Source of the DNA: an uncultured Gemmatimonadales bacterium
Lineage (GTDB): Bacteria; Gemmatimonadota; Gemmatimonadetes; Gemmatimonadales; GWC2-71-9
Direction of reading: 5' to 3'
Length of the DNA stretch: 64,000 nucleotides
NCBI GenBank assembly: GCA_963812085.1
Contig: CAWETL010000003.1
Span: forward strand, 346,642 to 410,641
Shown here piece by piece: positions 10,994-20,297 of this stretch (position 1 is its first letter; each line of letters opens with the position of its first letter). The notes under the pieces are model-generated. The model saw only the letters and a program-made list of their open reading frames with translations. It was not told the origin of the DNA and did no database searches. Made by a program: the position numbers and the translations under genes.

Positions 10994-11637
10994 CACGACT
11001 CCGGGTTGAGGCAGCGGACCGCGATGCGGTCCAGGATGAGCTCGTACAGCCGTGCCCCCTTCTCGGCGGAGGCGAGGCTGGCCGTGTCGCCCGCCGCGTC
11101 GAGGCGCACCAAGGCCGGGGCGATGTGCAGCAGCAGAGACGTATCCAGTTCGCCTCCCTGAGGAGGAAGGCCCGGCTCGGCCAGCAGGTCGCCGAAATCG
11201 AGCGAGAAGATGTCCACGACCTGCACCCGTGCGTGCTGCACGAGCAGGGTGCTCAGCGCCTCCTGGTGCGCTTCGTGTCCTTCGGCAGTGAGGAGGAAGA
11301 ACTCGCGAATCCCCCCGCCGACTTCCCAGGCCTCGATCAACTCGTTCATCAGCCGGTGCAGCGTCTTCCGGCCGACCGGCGCGCTGCCGGGCAGCGGCCG
11401 GTGGGGATCGCGGTTGGCCCCGTACTCGACCGCCGGCGCCCGGAGAATCCCGTAGCGCGCGGAGAGGTCGTCGGCGATGCGTTCGACGAGGATCGTGTCC
11501 ACGCCCAGCGGCAGGTGCTTCCCGTGCTGTTCGGTGGAACCGACGGGGACGATCAGGGCGGAGCGCCTGGCCAGGCAGCGCTCCACCGCGTCCGGGGTGA
11601 GCTCCTTCAGCCGCCAAGGCGTGGTCGGGCTCGTCAT
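10993..11637 (-). CDS. Creatininase-family protein (divergent)
   Basis: LIVPVGSTEQHGKHLPLGVDT motif; PAVEYG; S.EKG. Confidence 0.8.
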   Translation of the reverse strand: MTSPTTPWRLKELTPDAVERCLARRSALIVPVGSTEQHGKHLPLGVDTILVERIADDLSARYGILRAPAVEYGANRDPHRPLPGSAPVGRKTLHRLMNELIEAWEVGGGIREFFLLTAEGHEAHQEALSTLLVQHARVQVVDIFSLDFGDLLAEPGLPPQGGELDTSLLLHIAPALVRLDAAGDTASLASAEKGARLYELILDRIAVRCLNPES

Positions 11638-11640
11638 CCT

Positions 11641-11653
11641 GCGTATAATACGC
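11641..11653. promoter_or_regulatory. Palindromic bidirectional -10 element
   Basis: GCGTAT-A-ATACGC; TATAAT (+) 6 nt before GTG 11656; TATTAT (-) 7 nt before ATG 11637. Confidence 0.7.
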
Positions 11654-11655
11654 GG

Positions 11656-14600
11656 GTGAACCGCTCCCCGCTCCGATGGTGGCTCCCGGGCGCCGCCCTG
11701 GCCGTTGTGGCGGCGGGGGAGTGGCTGCGCGCCCCCACGCTCCCCTGGCTGCTCCTCACGGCGCTCGGTTCCATCGCCGTCGCGTTCGGACTTCGGGCCG
11801 CCGGCTCCTGGCGCGAGCGTGCGCTGTCCGGCACGGCGATGCTGCTCGCCCTCGCCCCCCTGATCACGACCTGGCGACTGCATCAACTCGAGACTCGCTG
11901 GCCGGCCATCCAGCAGGCGCAGGTGGACCGCGCCACCGATCGGCTCGCCGGCGACCTCCACGCCGGCTACCTGCTGGCCAGCCAGTTGGCCGAGCGGGCG
12001 GCGGCGGCGCCCCAGGACCAGGTCGCCGCGTTCGAGGCCCTCGCCGACGCGGTGAGCGGAGCCAGCGTCGAGGCTGGGGTCGCCCTGCTCGGTTCAGACG
12101 GCCGGCCGTGGGCGTGGGGCGGCGCGCACCGGCTCGCGCCCCTGGGGGAGGGAAGGCCGGTTGCCACGCTGGACAATCCCTTCTACCTGGTACTCGAGGT
12201 GACTCGCGAGGCGCCGGCGGGCCGGCGCGCGGTGGGCAGCGTCGTCGTGTGGGCCTCGTCGGCCGTGCCCGAACGGGTGCATTCGGTCACCGAGGACTTC
12301 CGCGCCCGGACCGGCGTCGGTCTTCGCGTGTTCCCCGCCGGCACCGCGCCAGACCTCCCGACGGTCTTCGACTACACCGAACCGACGACCGCCGGGCCGC
12401 GCCTGCTCTTCAGCGTCGAGCCGCTGCCCCCGGCACTCGGTGACGCGACTGCCGCCGCGCGGGCCCTTGGCGCGTCCGCGACCGCCTGGATCCTCCTCGT
12501 GGTACTCCTGCTGGCCGTCGTGGTGGCGGGCGCCCCGATGCCACGGTACGGGCTGCTGCTGCTCGGCGTGGCCGTGTTCGCCCGGGCGCCGGTGGGGCAG
12601 TCGCTCGGATTCGACCTGTACTTCTCTCCCATCGCGTTCTTCCGTCCGGCCCTCGGTCCGCTCAGCAAGTCGGCGGGCGCACTCGCCGCGCTCGCGCTGG
12701 TCTTGACGCTGCTGTCGGTGGCGCTCTGGAACCACCCACCGCGACGCCGTTGGTTCTCGGTCCCGCTCGCCGTCGTGCTGATGCTGGGCTCGTCCGCGGT
12801 ACTGCGCTACCTCGCGAGCGGCATCACGCCGCCGCCCCAGGGCGCGTCGCTCGGCCTCTGGCTCGGATGGGAGCTGATGCTGGCCATGGCGGCGATGGCG
12901 CCCATCGTCGTGGCGGCGGCCCTGCTTCGTGGCGACGCGACGCAGGGCGGAAGGCCCTTGGTGACCTGGCTCGGCGTCGCGCTCGCCGCGCTCGCGGCAG
13001 CGGCGGGATTGTACGCGTGGCAGCCGGGCACCGGGTGGGAAGGCTGGTACGTGTTCCTCTGGCTCCCGGGACTGCTCCTGGTGACCCGCCCGGCGCAGCG
13101 GGGACTCGCGATCGCCGGCATCGCGGCCGTCGCCGGCAGCGCGGCGGCGCTGCTCACCTGGGGGACGACGGTCGAAAGCCGCCTCGAAATGGCCCAGCAG
13201 GACGCCATGCGGCTGGGACTCGCCGCCGATCCGGTCGTGGTGCCGTTGCTCGAACGGGCGGGCACCATCCTCGGCGCGGCGCCGGCGCCGCAGGATGCCT
13301 CCCAGCTTTTCATCCGGTGGCTCCAGGCCCGGAAGGGGCTCGAGCAGTATCCAGTGCGGCTCGCGCTCCGGGAACCGGACGCCCGGCTCCGCGTCTCCGT
13401 GCCGCTCGATTCCCTTGACCTGCCCGATTCCGCCGTCGCCCGCGTGGCCATTACGGCGGCGCGTCCCGGGGAGGTCACGGTCGTCTCGGTCCCCGGCGTG
13501 CCGGGCGTCTACCAGGTCCTCGCGCTGCGCCTGGAAACCGGCGATCTCCTGACGGTGACCGTGGGGCCGAGGACGCGGCTGCTGACCCCGGACCGGCTGG
13601 GGGCCCTCCTGCGTCCGGCCGACTCCTCGGCCCCCGCGTACGCGCTCGTTCTCTCGCCACCGGTGCAGGGCATGGAGCCTGACACGCGGCGGCTCAGGTG
13701 GCGGCGCGAGGGTTGGCTGATCCACGGCGAGCGCGCGGTCCTGGCGGCTGACGGCGTTCACATGGCTCACGCGGACGTCGATCTCCGGGGTCCGTTTCCG
13801 ATCGTGGTTCGCGGCGCGCTCGTCGTCATCCTCGATGCGGCCCTGCTTGCCGTGCTCTGGCTGCTCGCGGAGCGGATGGCGGGGCGACCGCTGCCGCTCC
13901 CCAGCTGGCGGCGCGCGGGACGCTCCTTCCGGGTCCGCGTGGCCCTGGCCCTGGCCGGATTCTTCCTCGTTCCCGCGGTGGGGTTCGCGGTGTGGGAGGT
14001 GTCCCGACTCCACCAGGAGGCGGACAGCCAGCGGGACGACGCCATCACGCAAGTCCTCCGCGATGTCGTGGCCGCCGCCGGCGAGCGTCGCCCTGATTCG
14101 CTCCCGCCGCTCGCGGCTCTCGATCAGCTCGGGGCCCGTTTTCGTGCCGAGCTCGTGCGCTATCGCGGCGGCGGGCAGGTGGCCGCCACCGACTCGCTAC
14201 TCGCGGCAATGTCGGTTTTGCCGCCGCTACAGGATCCGGAGGCGTTCCAGGCGCAGGCGTTCGGCGGCGAGATGGAATCGGCGGCCGACGAGCCGCTGCT
14301 CGGCCGGGGCGGGCGGATCGGCTACCGCGTCGAACAGGTCGGCGGACCGGCGCAGCTCGTCGTCCTGGGCGTCCCGCACGGCGGGTACACCTCCGGGCTG
14401 GCGGCGACCCAGGCCGATATCGGCTGGCTGCTCCTCCTCTCGACGCTTCTCGGCCTGGCGGCTGCCCTGAGCGCGGCCCGCGTGGCTGCGGAGGCGCTCG
14501 CCCGCCCGGTGGCCGATCTGCGGCGCGCGGCGCTGGCCATTGGCCGGGGTGCGGCTCCGCCCGCGCCGAGCGGACCGCCGCCGGCGGAGTTCGAGCCGGT

Positions 14601-15639
14601 GGTCGCCGCGTTCGCCCGGATGGCCGCGGACATCCAGCGGAGCCAGGCGGCGCTCGAGGAATCGCGCCGTCGGACGGCCTCGGTGCTCGCCACGGTGGCG
14701 ACGGGCGTGGTCGGCATCGGGCCGAACGGTGCCGTGCTCGTGGCGAATCCGCGAGCAGAGGAACTGCTCGGGCGATCCCTCGGGGAAGGGGCGGACTTCG
14801 CCCTCGCACTCGGGGAGGCGTGGCCGGCGCTCGTCGCGTCGGTCCGGGAATTCCTGGAGCAGCCCGGCACCTCGGTCACGCGCGCCGAACTCGAGGACGG
14901 TCCCCGCCGGCTGAGCGCGGCCCTCGCTCCGCTCGGGCCCGAGATCGGCGGCGCCGTGCTCGCCCTCAACGACATCACCGAACTCTCGCGCGCGGAGCGG
15001 GTGCTCGCCTGGGGCGAGATGGCCCGGCAGGTGGCGCACGAAATCAAGAACCCCCTCACGCCGATTCGCCTCGGGATCCAGCACCTGCGCCGGGTGCAGC
15101 GCGATCGTCCCGCGGCGCTCGGCGCGGCGCTGGGCGAAACCTCCGACCGGATTCTCGCCGAGATCGAGCGCCTGGACACGATCGCGCGGGCGTTCAGCCG
15201 CTTTGCCGCTCCCGCGGGAGATGCGACACCGCCCGACCGCCTCGACCTGGGCGCGGTGGCGGCGGAAGTCGTCCAACTCTACCGGCTCGCCGGCGAGGGG
15301 ACGGAGGTCGTGATCGAGGCGTCGGCCCCGGCGTGGGGACGCGCCCGGGCCGACGAGGTGAAGGAGGTGCTGGTCAACCTGCTCGAGAACTCCCGGCAGG
15401 CCGGCGCCCGCCGGACGGTGGTCCGGGTGGCGGAGCGACGGATCACCGTGCTCGACGATGGCCGCGGCATCCCGGAGGAATTGTTGTCCCGGGTCTTCGA
15501 GCCCCGGTTCTCGACGACCACCAGCGGCTCCGGGTTGGGGCTGGCCATCGTGAAGCGGCTGGTCGAGGGATGGGGCGGCGCCGTCGAGGTCGAGAGCACG
15601 GAAGGGCGCGGCACCACGGTGACGATCGCCCTCGCATAA
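11656..15639 (+). CDS. Large multi-TM sensor histidine kinase (HAMP-PAS-HisKA-HATPase, NtrY-like)
   Basis: AWGEMARQVAHEIKNPLTPI (H-box), NLLENS, DDGRGI, F.P.FST..SGSGLGLAIV; many TM helices. Confidence 0.88.
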   Translation: MNRSPLRWWLPGAALAVVAAGEWLRAPTLPWLLLTALGSIAVAFGLRAAGSWRERALSGTAMLLALAPLITTWRLHQLETRWPAIQQAQVDRATDRLAGDLHAGYLLASQLAERAAAAPQDQVAAFEALADAVSGASVEAGVALLGSDGRPWAWGGAHRLAPLGEGRPVATLDNPFYLVLEVTREAPAGRRAVGSVVVWASSAVPERVHSVTEDFRARTGVGLRVFPAGTAPDLPTVFDYTEPTTAGPRLLFSVEPLPPALGDATAAARALGASATAWILLVVLLLAVVVAGAPMPRYGLLLLGVAVFARAPVGQSLGFDLYFSPIAFFRPALGPLSKSAGALAALALVLTLLSVALWNHPPRRRWFSVPLAVVLMLGSSAVLRYLASGITPPPQGASLGLWLGWELMLAMAAMAPIVVAAALLRGDATQGGRPLVTWLGVALAALAAAAGLYAWQPGTGWEGWYVFLWLPGLLLVTRPAQRGLAIAGIAAVAGSAAALLTWGTTVESRLEMAQQDAMRLGLAADPVVVPLLERAGTILGAAPAPQDASQLFIRWLQARKGLEQYPVRLALREPDARLRVSVPLDSLDLPDSAVARVAITAARPGEVTVVSVPGVPGVYQVLALRLETGDLLTVTVGPRTRLLTPDRLGALLRPADSSAPAYALVLSPPVQGMEPDTRRLRWRREGWLIHGERAVLAADGVHMAHADVDLRGPFPIVVRGALVVILDAALLAVLWLLAERMAGRPLPLPSWRRAGRSFRVRVALALAGFFLVPAVGFAVWEVSRLHQEADSQRDDAITQVLRDVVAAAGERRPDSLPPLAALDQLGARFRAELVRYRGGGQVAATDSLLAAMSVLPPLQDPEAFQAQAFGGEMESAADEPLLGRGGRIGYRVEQVGGPAQLVVLGVPHGGYTSGLAATQADIGWLLLLSTLLGLAAALSAARVAAEALARPVADLRRAALAIGRGAAPPAPSGPPPAEFEPVVAAFARMAADIQRSQAALEESRRRTASVLATVATGVVGIGPNGAVLVANPRAEELLGRSLGEGADFALALGEAWPALVASVREFLEQPGTSVTRAELEDGPRRLSAALAPLGPEIGGAVLALNDITELSRAERVLAWGEMARQVAHEIKNPLTPIRLGIQHLRRVQRDRPAALGAALGETSDRILAEIERLDTIARAFSRFAAPAGDATPPDRLDLGAVAAEVVQLYRLAGEGTEVVIEASAPAWGRARADEVKEVLVNLLENSRQAGARRTVVRVAERRITVLDDGRGIPEELLSRVFEPRFSTTTSGSGLGLAIVKRLVEGWGGAVEVESTEGRGTTVTIALA

Positions 15640-15696
15640 GGCGTTCGGCCGCGTTCCGGCTTTCGGTTTCGTGCCTCGGCCCGTATGTTCATTCCC

Positions 15697-16113
15697 ATGC
15701 ATCGACGCCACTTTCTCGCCTCCTGCCTCGGCGTCCTGACCTTGGGTACGACGGGGGCCCGTCCGCTCTGGGCGGCCGGCCGGCGTTCGCTCCACGATCC
15801 GGGCCATCCAACGCCCCGCCCGGGGATCACCGCCGACAAGGTCCTGCCCGACTCCGACCTGGTCGACTACCCCTCCTGCAAGTCCGCGTTCGAGGCGGTG
15901 CGCAAGATTCCGCAAATCGTCGACGGCATCCGCTGCAATTGCGGCTGCGCCGAGCTGCCGGGGTTTTACTCCCTGCTCTCGTGCTACGAGTCGACCGGCA
16001 TGGCCCGCCTCTGCCCGATCTGCCAGGGGCAGGGTCGCATGGCCTATCGGCTGTTCACGTCCGGCAAGACGCTCGACGAAATCCGGGTGGCCATCGACGC
16101 ACGCTACGGCTGA
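15697..16113 (+). CDS. PCYCGC-like cysteine-rich protein with Tat-like signal
   Basis: MHRRHFL signal; IRCNCGC...SLLSCY...CPICQG; I..AIDARYG C-terminus. Confidence 0.75.
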   Translation: MHRRHFLASCLGVLTLGTTGARPLWAAGRRSLHDPGHPTPRPGITADKVLPDSDLVDYPSCKSAFEAVRKIPQIVDGIRCNCGCAELPGFYSLLSCYESTGMARLCPICQGQGRMAYRLFTSGKTLDEIRVAIDARYG

Positions 16114-16172
16114 TCGCCCCGCGCAGAAGCACACGACACGGTCGTTCAGTCAGTCCCCTCCTCGGAGCCGCC

Positions 16173-17075
16173 ATGCTCAACCCTCGTGCGCTGTCGTTTC
16201 TTCTCGTCGCCGGAGCCCTGGCGCCTGCCGGACTTCAGGCGCAGGTGCGCGCCAGCGAGCACGCCGTCCTGGCCCAAACGGTGGATGGGACGACCATCAC
16301 CGTGGAATATTTCCGTCCCCGGCTGCGGGACCGCCGCCAGATCTTCGGGAACGTGGTGCCCTGGGGCGAGGTCTGGACGCCGGGCGCGAACTGGGCCACA
16401 ACGTTCGAGACCACCAAGGACATCACGGTCAACGGCCACAAGCTCGCCAAGGGCACGTACTCGGTCTGGATGGAGGTCCAGCCGAAGGAGTGGACGGTGA
16501 TCTTCGACCCCCGGGCCAAGTTGTTTCATATGGAGCATCCCAAGCCCGACAGCGCGCAGGTGCGTTTCGCCGTCAAGCCTGAGGACGTGGACGGACCGGA
16601 GGTGCTGACGTGGTCGGTGCCCACACTCGGTCCGGCCGGCATGACGCTCGTCATGGCCTGGGCGGGCAAGCGAGTGCCGCTGACCATCGTCGTGCCGCCG
16701 TCGCTGCCGCTTACCACCGCGGCGGATATCGCGTCCCGCCTGACCGGGAGCTACGACTTCCATTGGGAGCCGAGCGACACCACGAAGGCGGCGGCCGATT
16801 CCGCCGCGAAGGACGTGTCCACCTGGAAGGTGACCTACACCACCGGGATGCTGCTGGTGGACTGGGTGCCGCCCCCCTTCGAGGAATGGTCGCACCTCGT
16901 GCTCATCAAGTACGGCGAGGACACCTTCTATCCCGGCTCGATGCTCAAGGGCGAACTGTTCGACGTCGAGATGGACCTTTCCATCGAATTCGCGGTCGAG
17001 AACGGGCGCGCGACGGGCTTCGTCGTGCGGCAAGAAGACGACAAGGTGATCGGGAAGGGCGTCCGAAAGGACTGA
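16173..17075 (+). CDS. DUF2911 domain exported protein with extra C-terminal domain
   Basis: QTVDGTTITVEY.RP....R.IFG.VVPWGEVWTPGANWATT. Confidence 0.8.
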   Translation: MLNPRALSFLLVAGALAPAGLQAQVRASEHAVLAQTVDGTTITVEYFRPRLRDRRQIFGNVVPWGEVWTPGANWATTFETTKDITVNGHKLAKGTYSVWMEVQPKEWTVIFDPRAKLFHMEHPKPDSAQVRFAVKPEDVDGPEVLTWSVPTLGPAGMTLVMAWAGKRVPLTIVVPPSLPLTTAADIASRLTGSYDFHWEPSDTTKAAADSAAKDVSTWKVTYTTGMLLVDWVPPPFEEWSHLVLIKYGEDTFYPGSMLKGELFDVEMDLSIEFAVENGRATGFVVRQEDDKVIGKGVRKD

Positions 17076-17090
17076 CCCCCGCCGACCCCG

Positions 17091-17115
17091 AGGGGCCCCG
17101 ATGCCGGGGACCCCT
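17091..17115. terminator. GC hairpin between convergent genes
   Basis: aggggccccg-atgc-cggggacccct; no U-tract. Confidence 0.4.
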
Positions 17116-19787
17116 CATTCCGCCCGCATGCTGGTGACCGGATCGATGCTGGTGGCGCGCCGGGCCGGGAGGTAGGCCGCCACCGCCGCGACGAGCCCCA
17201 TGAACGCGATGGCGCCGAGGAGCACCCGCGGATCGAGCGGGCTCACCTCGAAGAGGATCGATCTCATCAGCCGGGTCAGCGGCAGCGCGGTGCACACGCC
17301 GATGGCGATCCCCGCCCCCGACACGACGAAGCCCTGCCGAAGCACCATTCGCCCGATGTCGCCACGATCCGCTCCGAGCGCCATGCGGATGCCGAACTCC
17401 CGCGTGCGCAACTTCACGCTGTAGGACAGCACCCCGAACAGCCCGAGGGCGGAGAGCGCGAGCGCCACGGCGGCGAAGGTGAGCAGGATTCGCATCGTGA
17501 AGAGCCGCTGGGCCGCGCCCTGGCCGATCGCCTCGTCCAATGGCATCGGGTGGAACATCACCAGCTGCGGGTCGGCCTCGGAGAGTGCGCGGCGCGCAGC
17601 CGGTTCCAGCGCAGCGGCGGAGCCGGTCGTCGCCACGACCTGGGTCAGGGCCCAGTTCCGGTCGCCGGCGAACTGCCGGTGAGCGTGGTAGACGTAGGTG
17701 TCGGATCGTCCCTCGTTGTCGACCGCCACGTCGCCGACGACGCCGATGATTTCGCTGTCGCGACCGCCGGTGTGGAGCTTCTGACCGACCGCGTTCGTCC
17801 CTGGATAAAGCCGCTCCGCCAGGCTCTTGCTGACGACGACGCGGTCCGGTGCGCGGGCATCGTCGCCCTGGGTGAACGTCCGTCCGGCGAGGACCGGAAT
17901 CCCTGCGGCCTGGAAATACTCCCCCGAGACCGTCCGGTTCTGCGCGCCGATGTGCCCCCGCTGGGCATCCCCGGCGAGCGGGCCGCTAATCGCCGCCACT
18001 CCCCATTGATGATACGCGCCGGTCGCCGGCAGTTTCGAGATGCCGCCGGCGGCGCGGACCCCGGGAAGCGCCGCCAGGGCGGTCGCGATCTGTTCATAGA
18101 ACTGGGCGCGCGCCATGGAGTCGTACCGCGCCGAGGGCAGGTTGAGCTCGAACGTCAGGACATGGTCGGCCTTGACGCCGAGCGGGACCCGCTGGATGCG
18201 TGCAAACGAGGCGAGCAGCAGGCCGGCGCCGACGAGCAGGATCACCGCCAGCGCCACCTGCCAGGCGACCAGCCACTCGCGCACGCGGAGCGAGCGGCGC
18301 CCGCCGGTGGACGAGCGGCTCTGGTCCCGGAGCGCGTCACCCGGCTGCGTCCGGGCAGCCCGGATCGCGGGGGTCAGCCCGAACACCACCGCGCACCCGA
18401 CGGCCACGGCCAGCGCGAAGACCAGGAGCCACGGATTCAGCGAGAGTGAGGCCAGGCGCGGAATGGTCCCGGAGCCGAGGACGACGATCGCCGCCATGGC
18501 GAGACGGGCCACGAGGAGGCCGGCCATCGCACCGGCCATCGCCAGGGAGAGGCTCTCGACCAGCAGCTGCCGCACAATCCGGGTGCGTCCCGCGCCGAGC
18601 GCGGTCCGCAGGGCAAACTCACGACTGCGTTCGGATCCGCGGACCAACATCAGATTGGCGATGTTCACGCAGACCAGCAGCAGCACGAGCCCGACCGCCC
18701 CCATCATGATCTCGAGCGCGCGGCTCGAGGAGCCGACGATGTCTTCCTTCAGGGGATAGAGCCGGGCGCGCTCCTCCTTGATGCTCGGGTACTGTTCCGC
18801 GAGCCGGAGCGAGAGTCCGTCCAGTTCCGCCTGGGCGCGGGCGAGTGATGCGTCGCGGCGGAGCCGACCGACGACGGTCAGGTAGTGGTTGCCGGCCTCG
18901 TTCGGGTCCCTCGCCTGGGAGAGATCGAGCGGCACCCATGCGTCGACTGCGCCGGCGACCGGATCCTTGAACCCATCCGGCATCACGCCGGTCACGGTGT
19001 AGGCCACCCCATTCATCACCAGGGTCCGACCGACCGCGCCCGGATCGCCGTGCAGTTGATCCTGCCAGAACCCGTGGCTCAGGAGCACAACCGGCGCCGC
19101 GTCGACGTTGTCCTCGATGCCGGAGCCGTTTTCGTCCTCGGATTGAAATCCGCGGCCGAGTTCGGGCCGGGCGCGAAGCATGGCCAGGTAGTTGGCGCTC
19201 GTCGGAAGGACGCGGATCCGCCGCACATCCTCGCCGGCGCCCACGTCCGCTCCCTTCGTGTTGTAAGTCAGGATGGCCGCGACCGATTCGAGCGAGGGGA
19301 GCTGCTCGCGGTACGCCCCGAACTGGACCGGCGAGGAGAAGCCCCGGAAACTCAAGTCGTTCACGCTGGCGCCGTAGAGTCGGACCAGCTGTCCCGGTTC
19401 ATCGTAGGGCAGGGGGGCTAGGAGAACGGCATCGACGGCGCTGAAGACGGCCGTGGTGCCGCCAATGCCGAGGGCGAGCGTCAGGATCACCACCGCCGCG
19501 AAGCCCGGGTTCCGTGCCAAATTGCGCAGCGCATACTGCATATCTCCCAGCGACTCTTCCAGAAGCCGGGTACCCCGTGCGTCCCGCACCGTCTCTTTCA
19601 CCTGTTCCACGCCGCCGAGGGCAACCTGGCTGAGCCGTCGCGCCTCGTCCTCCTCCATGCCGGCGCTCACGTGCTGTGCGGCCTCCTGTTCGACATGGAA
19701 CCGGAGTTCTTCAGCCAGCTCTTCCTCGTCGCGTCGGCGGTGCCACAGGGCGCGGAATCGCTCGAGCAGATCGGACGCCAGGCTCAC
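17115..19787 (-). CDS. ADOP-type duplicated MacB-like permease
   Basis: [10 protein letters not shown]..., [27 protein letters not shown]; two FtsX repeats ([25 protein letters not shown]). Confidence 0.88.
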   Translation of the reverse strand: MSLASDLLERFRALWHRRRDEEELAEELRFHVEQEAAQHVSAGMEEDEARRLSQVALGGVEQVKETVRDARGTRLLEESLGDMQYALRNLARNPGFAAVVILTLALGIGGTTAVFSAVDAVLLAPLPYDEPGQLVRLYGASVNDLSFRGFSSPVQFGAYREQLPSLESVAAILTYNTKGADVGAGEDVRRIRVLPTSANYLAMLRARPELGRGFQSEDENGSGIEDNVDAAPVVLLSHGFWQDQLHGDPGAVGRTLVMNGVAYTVTGVMPDGFKDPVAGAVDAWVPLDLSQARDPNEAGNHYLTVVGRLRRDASLARAQAELDGLSLRLAEQYPSIKEERARLYPLKEDIVGSSSRALEIMMGAVGLVLLLVCVNIANLMLVRGSERSREFALRTALGAGRTRIVRQLLVESLSLAMAGAMAGLLVARLAMAAIVVLGSGTIPRLASLSLNPWLLVFALAVAVGCAVVFGLTPAIRAARTQPGDALRDQSRSSTGGRRSLRVREWLVAWQVALAVILLVGAGLLLASFARIQRVPLGVKADHVLTFELNLPSARYDSMARAQFYEQIATALAALPGVRAAGGISKLPATGAYHQWGVAAISGPLAGDAQRGHIGAQNRTVSGEYFQAAGIPVLAGRTFTQGDDARAPDRVVVSKSLAERLYPGTNAVGQKLHTGGRDSEIIGVVGDVAVDNEGRSDTYVYHAHRQFAGDRNWALTQVVATTGSAAALEPAARRALSEADPQLVMFHPMPLDEAIGQGAAQRLFTMRILLTFAAVALALSALGLFGVLSYSVKLRTREFGIRMALGADRGDIGRMVLRQGFVVSGAGIAIGVCTALPLTRLMRSILFEVSPLDPRVLLGAIAFMGLVAAVAAYLPARRATSIDPVTSMRAE

Positions 19788-20134
19788 GTCTCCCCCAGGG
19801 CCCAGTGGGCGTTCAGGATGGCATTGATGGCGGTCGACGCCCGGAGCCACCCGGAGCGCTCCACGTGGAGCTGCTTGCGGCCTGCGGCGGTCAGTCCGTA
19901 ATACCGGGCCCGTCGGTTGTTCTCGGTGGTCCGCCACTCGGACGCCAGGAGGCCGCGTCGTTTCATCCGCACGAGGGCGGGGTAGAGAGATCCCTGGCTG
20001 ACCAGGAAGACTCGTCCGGACATCGACTCGATCCGGTGCGCGATCCCCCAGCCGTGCATCGGCTCGAAGGCCAGCGTCCGGAGGACCAGCATTTCGAGGG
20101 TGCCCTGCAGCAGTTCGCCGTCGGATTCGGCCAT
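19784..20134 (-). CDS. PadR-family regulator (Acidobacterial type)
   Basis: [14 protein letters not shown]...HGWGI...QGSLYPAL.R...[18 protein letters not shown]. Confidence 0.92.
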   Translation of the reverse strand: MAESDGELLQGTLEMLVLRTLAFEPMHGWGIAHRIESMSGRVFLVSQGSLYPALVRMKRRGLLASEWRTTENNRRARYYGLTAAGRKQLHVERSGWLRASTAINAILNAHWALGET

Positions 20135-20145
20135 GGGTGATTCCT

Positions 20146-20164
20146 CCTTCAGTCAATCTGAAGG
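20146..20164. promoter_or_regulatory. Putative PadR operator
   Basis: Perfect inverted repeat CCTTCAG-N5-CTGAAGG abutting the padR SD. Confidence 0.55.
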
Positions 20165-20297
20165 TGGGATAGCCTCGGCTGGCAAAGGGTTGCATCCGGC
20201 GCCATGGCGTAGTTCCGCGCCCCCCGGCACTCAAACCGCCCCTGCACCCGGGCCCGCTGGCACTACCGTGAGTCGACCCCACGGAGGTGCCGCCCGC

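Noticed and set aside
20180-20194. Sigma-54-like TGGCAAAGGGTTGCA upstream of comM
   Set aside because: GG to GC spacing is 9 nt, not the required 10.
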